A model generated the notes under the pieces. It ran no database searches. It was given only the letters and a program-made list of their open reading frames with translations, and had not been told where the DNA came from. A stretch of DNA of 64,000 nucleotides from Octopus vulgaris (taxonomy: Eukaryota), in contig OX597820.1 of the NCBI GenBank assembly GCA_951406725.2, positions 104,904,001-104,968,000 of the forward strand, given 5' to 3'. The translations under genes were made by a program, and so were the position numbers. Positions 13,551 through 27,565 of this stretch are shown piece by piece (positions within the stretch are counted from its first letter, which is position 1; the number at the start of each line of letters is the position of its first letter).

Positions 13551-13997
13551 TCTGCTCAATACCACAGATTTGCTTGTCAGTCGTTTGACCGTAACCAGTT
13601 GACCATGTCCCTTAGTGGCTGACAATATGTGCATCTCTGATCACGAGCGGAAGTAGTGGGGGAGCATCATAGCCATGTGTTGAGAGGGATTCTATGGAGT
13701 TTGAATAATTCACCTCTGGAAACATAGGTGTTTCGTTCAACATCCTTAAACAACCCTTATTCAAGGACCTTTTGAGCGGGATGGGTTACTCGACTAGAAG
13801 AAAATTCTAACTGGGCCCCACCTGCAAGGTCATGTGCTGTTTATCTTCATATGAGATCACCATGTCGCGCACATATGGTTGTGATGCATGTGCCTGGTGT
13901 ACCCTTATCAGACGAGTAGTCATGATGTGTATACTGGGCTTCGTATATTTTATCCCAGTGTCACTTTGATGGCATGCACTGCTCTCTCACTCACTCA
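13551..13997 (+). repeat. Dispersed repeat family C, copy 2
   Basis: Aligns with 5178-5550 and 15355-15721; (AAT)n on both sides. Confidence 0.85.
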
Positions 13998-14105
13998 ATA
14001 ACAACAACAACAACAACAATAATAATAATAATAATAAATGCTCGATGCAATACCAGGCAGTGACTCTCATGGTTTCTTCTCTAAACTGATTGGAAGTCTT
14101 ATGTA

Positions 14106-15339
14106 TTAGGCTGGCAACTAAGTTCTCGCGGTTTTTTAAAATTGAAATTTTTTAAAAGGTTTAATAAAAAAAATAGCAACTAATTAATCAATAATGTATT
14201 CACCCTTGTTGTTTACAACTTCTTCCCAACGTTCTACAAAATTTTCAATACTTCGTTGGAACGAAACTCCGCGCGTAGCATTTGAAAGAGATCGAAAGAG
14301 GTGGAAATCCGTTGGTGCCAAATAAGGAGAGTACGGCGGGTGGGGCAGCACTTCCCAGCCATGCGTTTGAATGGCTTCCTTGGTCATATTGGCGATATGA
14401 GGGCAGGTGTTGTCGTGCAGCAGAAGAACTCCATGCTGACGATTAGGTCTTTTCTCTTGAATAGCCATGTTGAATCGTTCCATCTGTTGAACATAGAGTT
14501 CCGCGTTGACCGTTTGGTTCCGTTCAAGCAATTTGTAATGGATAATCCCTTCCTAGTCCCACCATACACACAACATCGTTTTACGCGGATGAAGATCTTG
14601 TTTCACGCACGGTGTCGCTTGTTTACCGGGGTTAAGCCATTCATTACACTGCTTCATATTGATGTACAGGCACCGTTTTTCGTCACCATTAACGATTCAG
14701 TAAAGAAATCGTTACTTGTGTTCATGAGTTGAGCAGTGACGAGCAAGCAAACCAACGGAGATTGTGGCTCGTTGATTTTTGTTGTTATCACTTAAAGCAT
14801 GCAGAACCCATGCCCCACACTTCTGAACCTTTCCCGTCCAGTGAAGATGCTTCTCTATAGCAGTGTGGGAGCATTCCATATTCTCTGCCAGTTCCCTTGT
14901 CGTTTGACGAGAATTTTCGTGCAAAATTTGGTTTAATCGCTCCTCGTCGAACTCAACTGGATGGCCAGAACGAGGCGCGTCTTTGAGGTCAAAATTTCCA
15001 TTTTTGAACTTGGCATACCAATCACGAGCAGTTCTTTCAGCTATGGCACCCTCTCCATACACAGCACAAATGTCGCGAGCAGCTTTTGCGGCCTTAGAAC
15101 CTTGATTAAAAGCAAAAACAGGAGGTGTCGAAAATACTCGTATTTCTTAACTTGTAATTCCATTTTAATGATCTGAAAATAAACAAACATTAACTAAAAT
15201 TAACTAGAAAAAAAACATAAACAAAATAGATTCCAAAATGATTCAAAAATAGAATTCTCGAAAAAAATAGATTTCCAAATTTAAAAACGCAATAAATTCC
15301 AAAATTTAAAAAATGGCGAGAACTTAGTTGCCAACCCAA
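14106..15339 (-). mobile_element. Near full-length mariner (DD34D) element with pseudogenised transposase (ATG 15163 to TAA 14184)
   Basis: TIRs ttaggctggcaactaagttctcgc / gcgagaacttagttgccaacccaa with TA TSD. The empty site catgtacattgtttt is seen in family C copy 1. Motifs WVLHAL, GDEK, LLHDN, YSPYLAPTDFHLF; stops and frameshifts present. Confidence 0.96.
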
Positions 15340-15721
15340 TACATTGTTTTCTATATGTGCACCTCTGATCATGAGCAGAGGTAGTTGGGGAGCATCATAG
15401 CCATGGACTGAGACAAATTCTTTGGGGTTTCAATAATTCACCTCTGGAAACATGGGTGTTTCGTTCATCATCCTTAAACAACCCTTATTCATGGAGCTTT
15501 TGAGTGGGGTGGGCTACTCGACCTGAAGAAAATTCTAACTGGGCCTCATCTGCAAGGTCATGTGCTGTTTATCTTGATATAAGATCACCATGTTGCACAC
15601 ATATGGCTGTTATGCATGTGCCTGGTGTACCCTTATCAGACGGGTAGTCATAATGGATATACTGGGCTTCATATAATTGTATCCTAGTGTCACTTTGTTG
15701 GCATGCACTGCTCTCTCACTC

Positions 15722-15778
<57 letters not shown>

Positions 15779-16654
15779 CCTCTCTACTATAGGCACAAGG
15801 CCTGAAATTTAGGAAAGAGAGATTACATCGACGCCAGTACTCAACTGGTACTTATTTTATCGACTCTGAAAGGATGAAATGCAAAGTCGACCCCGGCGGA
15901 ATTTGAACTCGGAACGTCATAAGTCAGAAGAAATACCGCTAAACATTTCGACGATAACACTGAGACGATACTAAACAATATAGCGAGATGCTCTATAAAA
16001 GAACGAGTAAAAAACAGAATAACAGTAATAGAGAAACAATAAATTCTAAACAATGAATAGTTGCCCAAAACAGGGAGACTCCGAGGTCTATTCGTGGAAG
16101 CACGACAAAACCAAGATCGGACTGACCAATAAAGCAAGTACCTTCACACAGTTGTCCTCCTCCAGTTTACAGGTACACGCTCAGAACAGGTTCTTTCGCT
16201 CGAACCAAGCTCGTCGCTCATCTACGTTTCAATAAATTTCTTGGCAATTTCTTCCCTCCTCAACCTTACTGATTTACGTAGTAGAGGTTTATATTCATGC
16301 AAGAACTATAATCTATTTGTAGAAACCGTAGAAATGGTTAACGTATATTGAGATAATAGGTATGACAACATTCAGTGGCTAAGTCGGAATTGAGGTGATG
16401 TTTCGTTTTGTGATCCAGAGAGAGAAACTACTGAAGTCAGCCAATATCAGTTAAATAAAATACAAGTGAAATAGTTCTGCAGTATTCAACTAAATACGGC
16501 AATGAAATTAGACTGGGAGAATATTTTTCTTTGAAATTGAAAGTTGATCTGATAGAAAGGAATTATGTGATATTAAAACGATGAACATTGAAAGTATAAT
16601 TAACTTTTTTGCATCGTTGGGATTGATTCGTACAAAATTGGAGGTATTATGTAT

Positions 16655-17050
16655 ACAGGTATTCTTTTCTACTCTAGGCACAAGGCCCGAAAATTTGGAG
16701 GAGGGCCCAGTCGATTACATCGACCCCAGTACGCAGCTAGTACTTAATTTATCGACCCTGAAAAAATGAAAGGCAAAGTCAAGTTCGGCGGAATTTGATC
16801 TCAGAACGTAAAGACAGGCGAAATACCTATTTCTTTACTACCCAGAAGGGGCTAAACAGAGGAGACAAACAAGGACAGACATAGGTATTAAGTCGATTAC
16901 ATCGACTCCAGTGCATAACTAGTACTTAATTTATCGACCCCGAAAGGATGAAAGCAAAGTCGACCTCGGCGGAATTTGAACTCAGAACGTAACGGCAGAC
17001 GAAATACCGATAAGCATTTCCCCGAGCGTGCCAACGTTTCTGCCAACTCG
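16655..17050 (-). mobile_element. Two nested or tandem family A SINEs
   Basis: Two copies of the atcgaccccgaaaggatgaaaggcaaagtcgacctcggcggaatttgaactcagaacgt core. One carries the longer tail ending gtaaagaaatag. Confidence 0.85.
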
Positions 17051-17419
17051 TATTTGACGAAATTCTTTCTTCAGTTGGTCTCATATCCCATTACACCACC
17101 TTGTGGAGCTTTGTGTATTAGTGAGTAGCAGTTGACTGCAAAATATATGTAGCAGGTCAGTGTTGGTAGAGAAGCAATAGTTAACTAGTATAATGTGTGT
17201 GGGGCGGGGGTAGAGAGAGGCAAGACGTAGTATGAGCACAAACCCAGCAGAGAGTGGTGGGGTGGGAAACTAGAAAAATCCTCTGGGATTTCCCAAATAG
17301 ATCAGGTGCTAGAGCTTAACAAACCGGGCCTGGTGGTAGTTGGTAAGATGCCCCACATGACAAATAGTCAAGAAGGAGGGCGAAAAAATGGATATGTAGT
17401 GGCTTCATAGCATGGATTC

Positions 17420-17865
17420 GATCACAGGGCTACACACAGACGGGACAAATTACAAAGTAGAGCTTTTCTTTATGGGGAGAAAAGAAAAAAAGGGGGGGTA
17501 GGTTTTCGATCAAAAGGGATCATAAAAGGGAAAGAAAAAGAAAAAAAAGAAAAAAAGGAAAGAAAAGAAAAAGAAAAAGAAAAAAACGATCAATAGGGAT
17601 AGTGCATCACAGGAATGTCATCATGTAAAATGTAAAGGGGGAAGCAGATAGGGTTTATCCGTGGAAAGAAAAGCCAACGGAAAAGACCACGGTAACCTCG
17701 GTCAATAATGTTAACACATTTGTTTGCAAGTAGGTAACCCTCTGTTTTAAATTTTTCCGGGTTCATAGGATTATGCTCAAGGTGGCTTCGTCATTCAAAC
17801 GTACCATCCTTGCTACATTCACCCATCTTTTTTTCAAACATTCGCTAGACAAAACTTGCCTCTGT
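17420..17865 (-). mobile_element. 3' fragment of another Tx1-like LINE (ORF2 C-terminus and 3' UTR)
   Basis: RQVLSSECLKKRWVNVARMVRLNDEATLSIIL* resembles the ORF2 end at ~5800-5900 (REVLPPSNFVKRRVNVARMARVNGPTLSMRL*). Confidence 0.7.
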
Positions 17866-17912
17866 GATAAAAATAAAAATACTAATTCTACTACTACTAC
17901 TACTACTACTAC

Positions 17913-17972
<60 letters not shown>

Positions 17973-18358
17973 GCAATTACTCTCCAAAATATAAATAATA
18001 ACAAACAAGCTTGCCCCGATTTAAATTTCCCGCTAATGACAAAGTGACACCATGCGCAGTTTAACAATAAGTGGTGCGCTGTTATCGAACATCACAGCAG
18101 GGACGTTATGTTGCACCTTCCGGTATCCTAAACCTTGTGGTTGACGTTGCTTAAACAGAGGTGCGGTTGAATCTGACAGTCGCCTATGCTGCTGAGTGCT
18201 TTATAGGTGCTAAACCAATGGTCACTCTATGGCCGACGATAACATTAAACTTCCTAAAAAATTATAGACACACACACACACATATATATATATAGGAAAT
18301 AGTGGCACAACAAGGTGCCAATTTTTGTTGGAAAATAATATTATTGTATTGTAATAAT

Positions 18359-18763
18359 GTAGCTGTGTGGTAAGTAGCTTGCTTACCAACCACATGGTTC
18401 CGGGTTCAGTCCCACTGCGTGGCATCTTGGACAAGTGTCTTCTGCTATAGCCTCGGGCCGACCAATGCCTTGTGAGTGGATTTGGTAGAAGGAAACTGAA
18501 AGAAGCCTGTCGTATATATGTATATATATATGTATGTGTGTGTATGTTTGTGTGTCTGTGTTTTTCCCCCTAGCATTGCTTGACAACCGATGCTGGTGTG
18601 TTTACGTCCCCGTTACTTAGCGGTTCGGCAAAGAGACCGATAGAATAAGTACTGGGCTTACAAAGAATAAGTCCCGGGGTCGAGTTGCTCGATTGAAGGC
18701 GATGCTCCAGCATGGCCGCAGTCAAATGACTTAAACAAGTAAAAGAGTAAAAGAGTAAAAGAG
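18359..18763 (+). mobile_element. tRNA-derived SINE, family B (CORE-like)
   Basis: tgtggtaag A-box, ggttcagtccc B-box, ggcatcttggacaagtgtcttc CORE-like segment, internal TA/TG repeat and (aaaagagt)n tail. Other copies at 38033-38170, 42217-42570 (-), 54515-54845 (-), 55235-55635 (-). Confidence 0.88.
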
Positions 18764-19269
18764 TGTGTGCAGGCATACCTACACATGTGTGCCATCAACC
18801 GACTTCGTTTCTTCATAACTGACAGAAAAATGGATATTTTTAATAAAACTTTCTACAAACGCGCTTCAGAAGGTATAGATTCCGATTATATCGGAGTTTG
18901 TTGAGAAAGGACTTTTTCCGTAAGTGAGGAGAGTAGTTTCGGAAAATTCACACGACTCGGCTTTGTTTCCTTATGACTTTCAGAAAATTAGTATTTTTTA
19001 ATGAAATTTTGTACAAATGCCTTTCAGAGTGTGTAGATTGCGATTATACTTTAATTTAATATCGAAATAAAACCACAAAATTTATATATCCATATATATC
19101 CACAAAATGAAACTTGCAATGTCGAAATTGTGATGTGTCAGTATGTATGTGTGCATATTCACTATTTTTCTTTCCTTATCAAATTCCGATATAATCGAGT
19201 TCTACACCGTGTGAAGCGTATTTATAAAAAATTCATTCAGAATATCTATTTTTCTGGAAGACAATCCAG

Positions 19270-20182
19270 GAAAATCAATAAGGTCAATGGCAAAAAAATT
19301 TCGTGTGTCAGAAAAAACAGTCAGAAATATTGTGCATAAAGATATCAGATACAAATCTTATGTGATGAGAAGAGGTCAATTCATGTAAAACAAAAAAAGA
19401 AAAAGAAAGAAAGAAAGAAAGAAAGAAAGAAAAAGAAGAGAACAAAGAAGGAAAAACCGTTTAATCAGATCCAGAAAAGTTTTGAACAAACTTAAAAATC
19501 CATTAGATGGTGGGATTTGATTTTTTTCAGATGAGAAAAACTTTGTCCAGGACCAGAAAACTAATAGAAGAAATGACAGATGGTATGTACAGACCCTTCT
19601 GGGGTCCCAAGAGTAATGCACATAAAATTTCCTGCAAGTGTCATGCTTTTGGATGTTGTTAGCAATGAAGCACATTTGATGCTTCCTCACTTTGTCCCAC
19701 AAGGCCTTAGGGTGGATACTGCTGCGTATGTTGAGTTTCTGGATAAAGTTGTGATCAACAGTGCATGCAATGGAAGGCCTTATGCCTTTCAACAAGATTT
19801 TGCAGCATCACACAAGGCTCAAATGACACAAGAATGGATGGCTGACAATTTGCATGATAACATCACCCCCAACATTTGACCTCCTAATTCTCCAGATCTC
19901 AATCCACTGGACTACTATGTATGGTGCATCGTTGAGAAAAATGTCGTAGTTCGAATCATGTCCGATATGAACAAGGATCACTTAATCTGAGCTTGTAAAC
20001 TATTTCGACCCCACGTAGAAGCAGTTACTGATGCTTGTGGTGGTTTTATTGAATGAAATTGTTAAATAGATAATTTCGCTTAATGTCTATGTTATTTTTA
20101 TAAAAATACAGTTTTTTTTTCTGTTATTACATAAGCGTTTTTTTTTAAACCATAAATCTATCCTCAAATACCGTTCGCACCC

Positions 20183-20183
<1 letters not shown>
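19270..20183 (+). mobile_element. Degenerate Tc1/mariner-superfamily element, DD37D (maT)-like
   Basis: FFSDEKNF, NRRNDRW, KFPASVM, YAFQQDFAASH, NI*PPNSPDLNPLDYYVW; stops and frameshifts. Confidence 0.85.
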
Positions 20184-20241
<58 letters not shown>

Positions 20242-20310
20242 CGGGAAACAATGTAAATTAATATTAATACAATAAAAGAATATGTAATAATCATTATTTA
20301 TATAATGTGT

Positions 20311-20463
20311 GCGTGGCGTGAGTGCGTGCGTGGCGTGAGTGCGTGCGTGGCGTGAGTGCGTTCGTGGCGTGAGTGCGTGCGTGGCGTGAGTGCGTGCGTG
20401 ACGTGAGTGCGTGCGTGGCGTGAGTGCGTGCGTGACGTGAGTGCGTGCGTGGCGTGAGTGCGT
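20311..20463. repeat. 17-bp minisatellite (GCGTGGCGTGAGTGCGT) x9
   Basis: Direct reading; occasional G>A or G>T unit variants. Confidence 0.95.
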
Positions 20464-21161
20464 GCGTGCGTGTGTACAGTAATGTCTCGATATATGAGTT
20501 GATTTGTTCCCGGAGACCACTCGTAAAGAAAACTCGTAAAGCAGAGCAATGATTACCCATAGTACCAATGTTATAAACCATAATTCGTACCCAGAAAAAT
20601 ATTTTACCTATAAAATTTATAATACTCGGAAATAAATGGCAATAAAACAACAGTAGAATGAAAAGAATATTTTACGTGAAGTGAAAAGAATGTCAAGGTC
20701 ATTTATAATAAAAATTATCATTATTATAATCGTTTTCTGAATCACTTTCACTAGCACTAGACTTGCGCACACCAACACTTGTAGACGCGATAGCTGATTC
20801 ACAAGCACTCGTAGACGGACTTGTAAGTTTCTTTTTGAAAAACAAGTCTTGAGTTGTTTGCTTAGAAGAAGCTTTTTTTTTTCTTCTTTTTTTCGCGTCG
20901 TAAACCCGAATGATATGTAGAAAAAGCGGACTTTTGGAATAAGATAGAATTGCTCGTTTTATTTAGTTTTGTGTTGTTTTGGTAGGAAGTAGCGGGGCGG
21001 TATGGAAAAAAGTTTCTACAGAATGACAAAAGTAATAAGAAACACACACACACACAACGGAAGAAACAAATAAACGGAAAAGGTTGTTGTTGGGGGTCAA
21101 GAAGGAATGGTTTTAAAAAATGGAATTTTGAAGAAATCATCATTGTCTCAGATGATTTCTT

Positions 21162-21598
21162 GGATCTTTTCGGTTTGAACGGCAGTTTTTTCTAGCGGTG
21201 TCATATGAAATTGTCACCCATAATTATGACCCTAGTATCGATCTATTACATTTCAATCTGTTTTAGGGTTAGGGTTAGTTAAGGTTAGGGGTGGGGGGAA
21301 GGGTATCTTTTTTTTCTTCAGAAATGTAAATAAACCCAATCTGTTTCTTAAACGAGGGACATATTCATATGGCACAGAATGTTTGTTTTTTTTTACCTCA
21401 ATGGACGTTATTGATTGGTTGAAATTGCAGAAATTGAAGGAAAACAACAACAAATATCTTACAAACTATAGAATTTTCTCAATAAGGCCAAGAGAAAAAG
21501 ATGTTTTATAAACACATTCTACCAGTATACGAAGTTAAAAAAATTTTTTAGTTACCTAGAAATTATGTTAAAAACTGCCATTCAAACCGAAAAGATCT
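21162..21598 (-). mobile_element. Second copy of the telomere-repeat MITE
   Basis: Reverse complement of 4224-4645 with the same TIRs; ttagggttagggttagttaaggttaggg at ~21263-21290. No clear TSD. Confidence 0.9.
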
Positions 21599-22498
21599 TG
21601 GAAATTACTTGGAAAATAAGAGGACGGGAGTAGAATTTGAATAACATGGAATTTTTAATTCTTTTTTTTTTTTCTTTTTTTTTTATGTAAGTTACAAGTG
21701 TTTCAGAAGGTGTGATATCATAAAATTACGAGAAATAGCATCGTAGAAAATACGACAAGTGGAAAATTTTACCATTTCGTTTCGATCTGTAATAAATAAA
21801 ATATATAATTGTGATTTGCCCGTACAGGTAACTTGAAAACAAACAGAAGCGGTGAAGTTCAAGCGATGTCCAATTGTTATTAAGCAAATATTTAAAAAAT
21901 ATTCATTATATTCAATGGAATTTGTTTATGATGATCGTACGTCCTCACAATAACCGGCTGGTAACATTAGACAAATATTTCGGGACTCACTAATTTCACT
22001 GACAATAATCATCAATAACACGATCCGTAATTATAATAAGCGCCTTCCACTTAAGCGGAAGGAAACATGGAATTCCAAACATTTTAAAGAAAATGTTTAA
22101 CAATTTTATGTGTAAAGAATTTTTTTAAATCCAGATTTCGTTCTGTTTGCTTACAAAAAATGAAACTAAATGGTTTATTTAAATTGCCCTATATAAGAGT
22201 AAAAATATGATGCTAAATAATATAGAGATGATTAATCGATTTAGCAACGGGAGATTTGTTTCCCTTCGTTAACAGGGAAGTTAACAATAACAATAATAAT
22301 AATACGGATGACCAATAGCAACACAATCTAACAACTTATAATCGATTTTTTAACCTTATTGGGTTCCACATCATTCTGACAGTCTCCAATTTAACAACTT
22401 ATAATGAACAAGTTGTAATTTCGCTAACTTATGTGCCACTTGTTGGTTCTTGTCTCCTCTCTGTGTGTGTGTATGTGTGTGTGTGTGTGTGTGTGCGT

Positions 22499-22549
<51 letters not shown>

Positions 22550-23108
22550 TGTGTGTATACTCCACCACCGCTTGACAACTGGCGTTAGTGTATTTACGTC
22601 GCCATAATTTAGTAATTCGGCAAAACGACCTGATAGACTTGGTACTAGTGGTGATTCATTCGACAACAAATTCTTCAAGCCCTCACCGTTTGCTTTTACT
22701 GTCTTGTTCTCACTGTCCTGTTCTTGTTATCACTTTCACCCTCCGCAAAAAATCTCAAATTTTATTTAATTTGCTTTGCGGGAAGGACTGTTTCAACGAA
22801 ATCGCGCATTGTCCTTGCATCCGGACACGCGGAGTAGATGAAAAGGGACAACTGATGAAGGGGAACATTTTTTATATTGCATGTCTCGTTTCTCTGCTTG
22901 TTTTTTTCGTTGTTCGAAATATAGTTAGTTTTCCATGTTTTTGTTTTAATGATTTCGTTTCTCATTGTGTTCAACGTGTTTTCGATGTCCTGTGCCCATA
23001 TATGCATGTATATATATACATATATATGTAGGTATGTACATATATGCATGTATATATGCATATATTTATATATTATATATATGCATATATTTATATATTA
23101 TATATATG

Positions 23109-23158
<50 letters not shown>

Positions 23159-23202
23159 TGTATGTATGTATTATATATACATATATGTATATATATTATA
23201 TG

Positions 23203-23259
<57 letters not shown>

Positions 23260-23410
23260 TCTGGAATTCGACTGAGGAGAGAAAACTCTGAATGACCCGT
23301 CCTTGTTTTCTTTGTATCGTCTGTCTAGATGTTTTGTTGTCCCTTTTTTGTATCACCTAACTGTCTGGATGTTTTGCGTTCTTGTCCCATTTTGTATTAT
23401 ATATATATAA

Positions 23411-24445
23411 CTAGCAGAGAAACCCGCCCTTGCTCAAGATTAAAATAGCATAGTTTTTTTTCTATTGTTTTACTTGTTTCGGTATTATAATCCGATTTCA
23501 TTCAGGTCTACTCGGGCCACATTTTAAAGATAAAGAATTTTTTTTTAAATCAGAAATTTTATTAAAAATTGGTAATGAAAAAAAGCAAGCTAAATGTTTA
23601 AACAGTCTTTGAGAAGCAACTGGATAAACTTCGCGGATGCAGATGTGAAGGGCAAAGAATGAAGGAAAAATGCTGGAAAAAACATAAAACATCAATTAGG
23701 TCTCTGCGCAAAACTGATATAGTATAATATGACTGCACGTACAATGTTTTGGATACAATATGTAGTCACACCCAACCTAATTTTGCAGAATCTGTGCCGC
23801 GACGTGAACCCATGGTTGGGAGTTTGATTGGCATGAAGAATTTTGAGAAAGTTACAATGACTCCAGCGACGGGAGAGTAATGGCGGTAGGTCCTTTGTAG
23901 ACAACGGTCCGGGTGTTGCCCGGATTACCACAAATGAAGAGATTGTGTAGACTGCCGACACGGGAGCATCCGATGTATAGTTAACTGTGAGTAAATACCT
24001 GCTGTGTCAGATTTAGGCCAACTACTTGTAATAACTGTCCCTGTGCCTTGTTGATGCTCATTGCAAAGCATACTTTTACGGGAAACTGTCGTCGCATATA
24101 TTCAAATGGTACAGCAGAGGGACTAAGGCTCATGGGAGTTAATAACATTGTCACGCCAGCAGGCAGTCTGTTCAGAATGGTTGTCGTCGGAATTAAGGTT
24201 CCAATATTTTTGACGATCAGATGCATACCGTTGCATAGTTCTGGTGGTTCCATGTTTCTCAGCAGCATAACTGGAACACCAACCTTCAGTCTAAGGTCAT
24301 GAGGTGGAAGTCCGAGAGGTAGTTTGCTATTGAGAAATTCATTAGGTGTGCAAATATTCAGGTCAATCCGGCTACATTTACTAGCACTTTTGCCTGTACG
24401 ACTGCATGTGAGACAACGTTCGCCTTTTTCACAAATATATATTAG
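23411..24445 (-). mobile_element. Non-autonomous Helitron with PIF1 helicase fragment (23981-24340)
   Basis: LPPHDLRLKVGVPVMLLRN..LCNG..RRQFPVKVCFAMSINKAQGQ..VGLNL. Minus-strand 3' end has a GC-rich subterminal segment followed by CTAG at 23411. Confidence 0.88.
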
Positions 24446-24696
24446 AATAGCAGAGATACCTGGCCTTGCTCGGTATTAAAAGCGGGGTATGTGAATGTGT
24501 ATGTGTGTGTGCGCGCGTGAATCTTGGTTGGTTTTTTTGTTTATTGGTCAGTTATTTTTAGCGTTTTGACAGAAAAAAGTCATTCTAAAATTGTTTTTTT
24601 AACGTAAGCGTGACCAAACAAGTTGAATGCTTACACAGAGCAAGTTTTGCAGCCATATCATCCAAACCGACTGGTTGAAACCAGGCTTAGCTGTCA

Positions 24697-24769
<73 letters not shown>

Positions 24770-24822
24770 TGTACGCATATATATATACACACATATACAT
24801 ATAAATATATATATAAACACTT

Positions 24823-24854
<32 letters not shown>

Positions 24855-26238
24855 TATATATATATATATATAAATTAACACAATAAATATCTGATTAATA
24901 ATATGTTATCATGATTGTTCGGTGGTGGTGGGCAATAATAATTCATCGTTCTAAAAGACCTGTGACGGGAATATTTAAACTTTTGCGGCTGCGGTGGGAG
25001 AAAGAGTGACAGAGAGACGGCGAAGGCAGAGAGAGAAGGAGAGTGGAAGTTGTCAAAGTGGAGGGAAGGGGGGAAAGATAGATATCGAAGACAGGGTGAT
25101 ATCCGAAAGGGAGAAACGACAAACACTTGTCAAAGTCTATGTTTTGTTGCCCTAGTAACCACAACTTTTGAGATGGGGATTTCTAACCTAGTCCGATCGC
25201 TTCCTCGTCTCATTTTAGATGTCCCCGTAAATTTTCGCCACAATCTGAGCACGCCTACTACCATTGAACCCTGCATAACCACTAAATGAGACATGCAAAC
25301 ATACAACTTTCGGCCATTTCACTTTTATATAGAGACTAACTGAAGGTGACCCGCTCTACACGCGGGTAAGAGTGTGGTTGTTACTTTCTGTTGCTTCCAT
25401 TCTGTTTTTTAACACCACATTCTCCCTCTTTGTTTCTCTCTCCTTTCTCTCTCACTTTCCCACTCTCTTACTCTTCCTTCCTCTCGGACTCTCCCTCGCT
25501 TTCTCTTACTCTCTATCTTTCTCTTATCTATCTCTCTCCCATTTATAAACAACAAAAGATCTTGAGTAAGTTGAGAAAGAAATATTTTGAAAGATCAATC
25601 ATATATATCAGGCAGTGACAACGGAAAGGTCTGCTTCAAGGCAGACAGCAAAACACTAACATTTAAAAGGGACAGACGAACTTGCGAGCTGAATAAAAAT
25701 TAAATAAATATTGGAAACCAAAGTTTGAAGGGATAGAATCTGAGGATAGTAGAGTCACCATGGCTGGCATTTCTTAACGACGGACAGTAACGTAGTGGCA
25801 GTTTAACGGCTGGCGGAAAATTTTGAACTTGATGTAAAAGAAAATTCCTAAACACCAAGCTTTGAAGTGATTCTTTCTCACGACAGTAGACTCACCATGG
25901 CAAGCATTCAAAACTTCTTCATCATGGATGGCAACACATTGACGATTTAAAGGCTGGCGCAAATTTTTTAGCTTCATGTAACAGAGAATTCCTAAACACC
26001 CACTCTTGTAAATTTTAATCTCCTTCAAGCCCCATTTAGACCTCTTTTCACATTTTGGTTAATATAACCCGATTTCATTCGGGTCTATTCGGGTCACATT
26101 TTATAAGATGAGGAAAAAAATAGTTGCCATGCAAACTCGCCAGCACTTTTAACATAGGTGTGCATATTTTCAGCACAACCGACCAATAATGCACACATTA
26201 TATATATATATATTATATATATATATATATATACGTAT

Positions 26239-26282
<44 letters not shown>

Positions 26283-27459
26283 CATTATATATACAAATGT
26301 ATACAAATTATATATATATATATAAATTAAATTAGAAATAAAACCACTATTAGGCAAATCAAACAGTGAAAAACATAAACCAAAACATAAAAATAAAAAT
26401 ATAATATACAAAATATATAAAATATAAAATTGAAAAGTTTAAGTTATTTAAATTTAAAATTAGAATTATTGATTTATATTTATAATTTTTTTTAAATATA
26501 TATAGCTATCAAAAAATATTAAAAAGTTTAATATACATAAATACAAATATATACACTTTGTATATATACATTATATATACATATTTATATATAGAACACA
26601 CACACACATATATATAAATAAACCAATAAATATCTGATTCATAATATTTGTTCCCATGATTGTGTGGTGGTGGTGGTGGTGGCGATGATAATTCTCTCTA
26701 TGAATGCAGACAGACGTAGAGAAAGAGAGTGTGTGAAAATGCTGTCGAAGGCGGGGAGGGGGAGATATAGGACGCTGTGAAACGACGTTATAAAGAGAAA
26801 ATGAAGGGAAAGGAGGTAGACGCTGTGAAACGACGTTATATATAGAAAGTGAAAGGAAGGGAGGAAAGAGAATGAGTGATGGAGGAAGACAGATACATAA
26901 AAGATTGAGAGTAGACTTGTGAAAGTGCGTTTTTGGCCCTAGCAACGACACCTTTTAAGATGGAGATTTCTAACCTAGCCCACTCGCATCCTCACCTCAT
27001 TTTACATGTCCCTGTAAATTTTGGAGTCAATCCGACGTGATCTAGTGGCCTTTAACCCGTTCTCAATGCAAAAATCAGACAAACAAACAAACTTTTCGCA
27101 TTTCAGAATTATAATATAGAGATACTTGCAGAGAAACCCGGCCTTGCTCGGGATTAAATAGTTTATTATTGTCTTAATTGTTTTGGTATTATAACCCGAT
27201 TTCATTCGGGTCTACGCAGGCAACGTTTTAAAAGATGAGGAATTTTACCCTAGAGGCCACGCCTTTCACTTGAGCAAACTCTTCCGCCCGTCACCTCGCA
27301 CCAGTTTCTCACAAATTTATTTATAATTTTTTTTTTTTTGCCAAAAACTCCCGTTTTTGGATATGGAAGTTGGTTCTAGAAAATTGCCAAAAATCGGCAT
27401 TGGCAAATTCCCCCCCTTCCCCCCCAATTCTTCAATTTTGACTTTTTTCCCAACACGAT

Positions 27460-27565
27460 CCCTAACACTAACCCTAACCCTAAAACCCTAGCCCTGAAAC
27501 CCTAACTCTAACCCTAAAACACTAATCGTAACCGTAACCCTAAAACCCTAAAACCTAACCTTAAC
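27460..27565. repeat. Degenerate interstitial telomere-like (CCCTAA)n array
   Basis: ccctaacactaaccctaaccctaaaaccctagccctgaaaccctaactctaaccctaa... Confidence 0.8.

Noticed and set aside
20311-20463. Regular repeats as a CRISPR-like array
   Set aside because: Contiguous tandem units with no spacers, in eukaryotic context.
22949-23291. Many ORFs rich in YI/CV/HT/N/L runs (also 24599-24886, 27912-28362, 29837-30217, 54050-54579)
   Set aside because: These are translations of (TA)n, (TG)n and (AAT)n microsatellites, not genes.
23265-23305. CUGAGGA-GAG-AAAA-CUC hammerhead-like motif
   Set aside because: The GAAA core is broken (UGAAUG) and there is no stem III.
27460-27565. True telomere or chromosome fusion site
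   Set aside because: Short, degenerate, single-orientation and embedded in a dispersed repeat.
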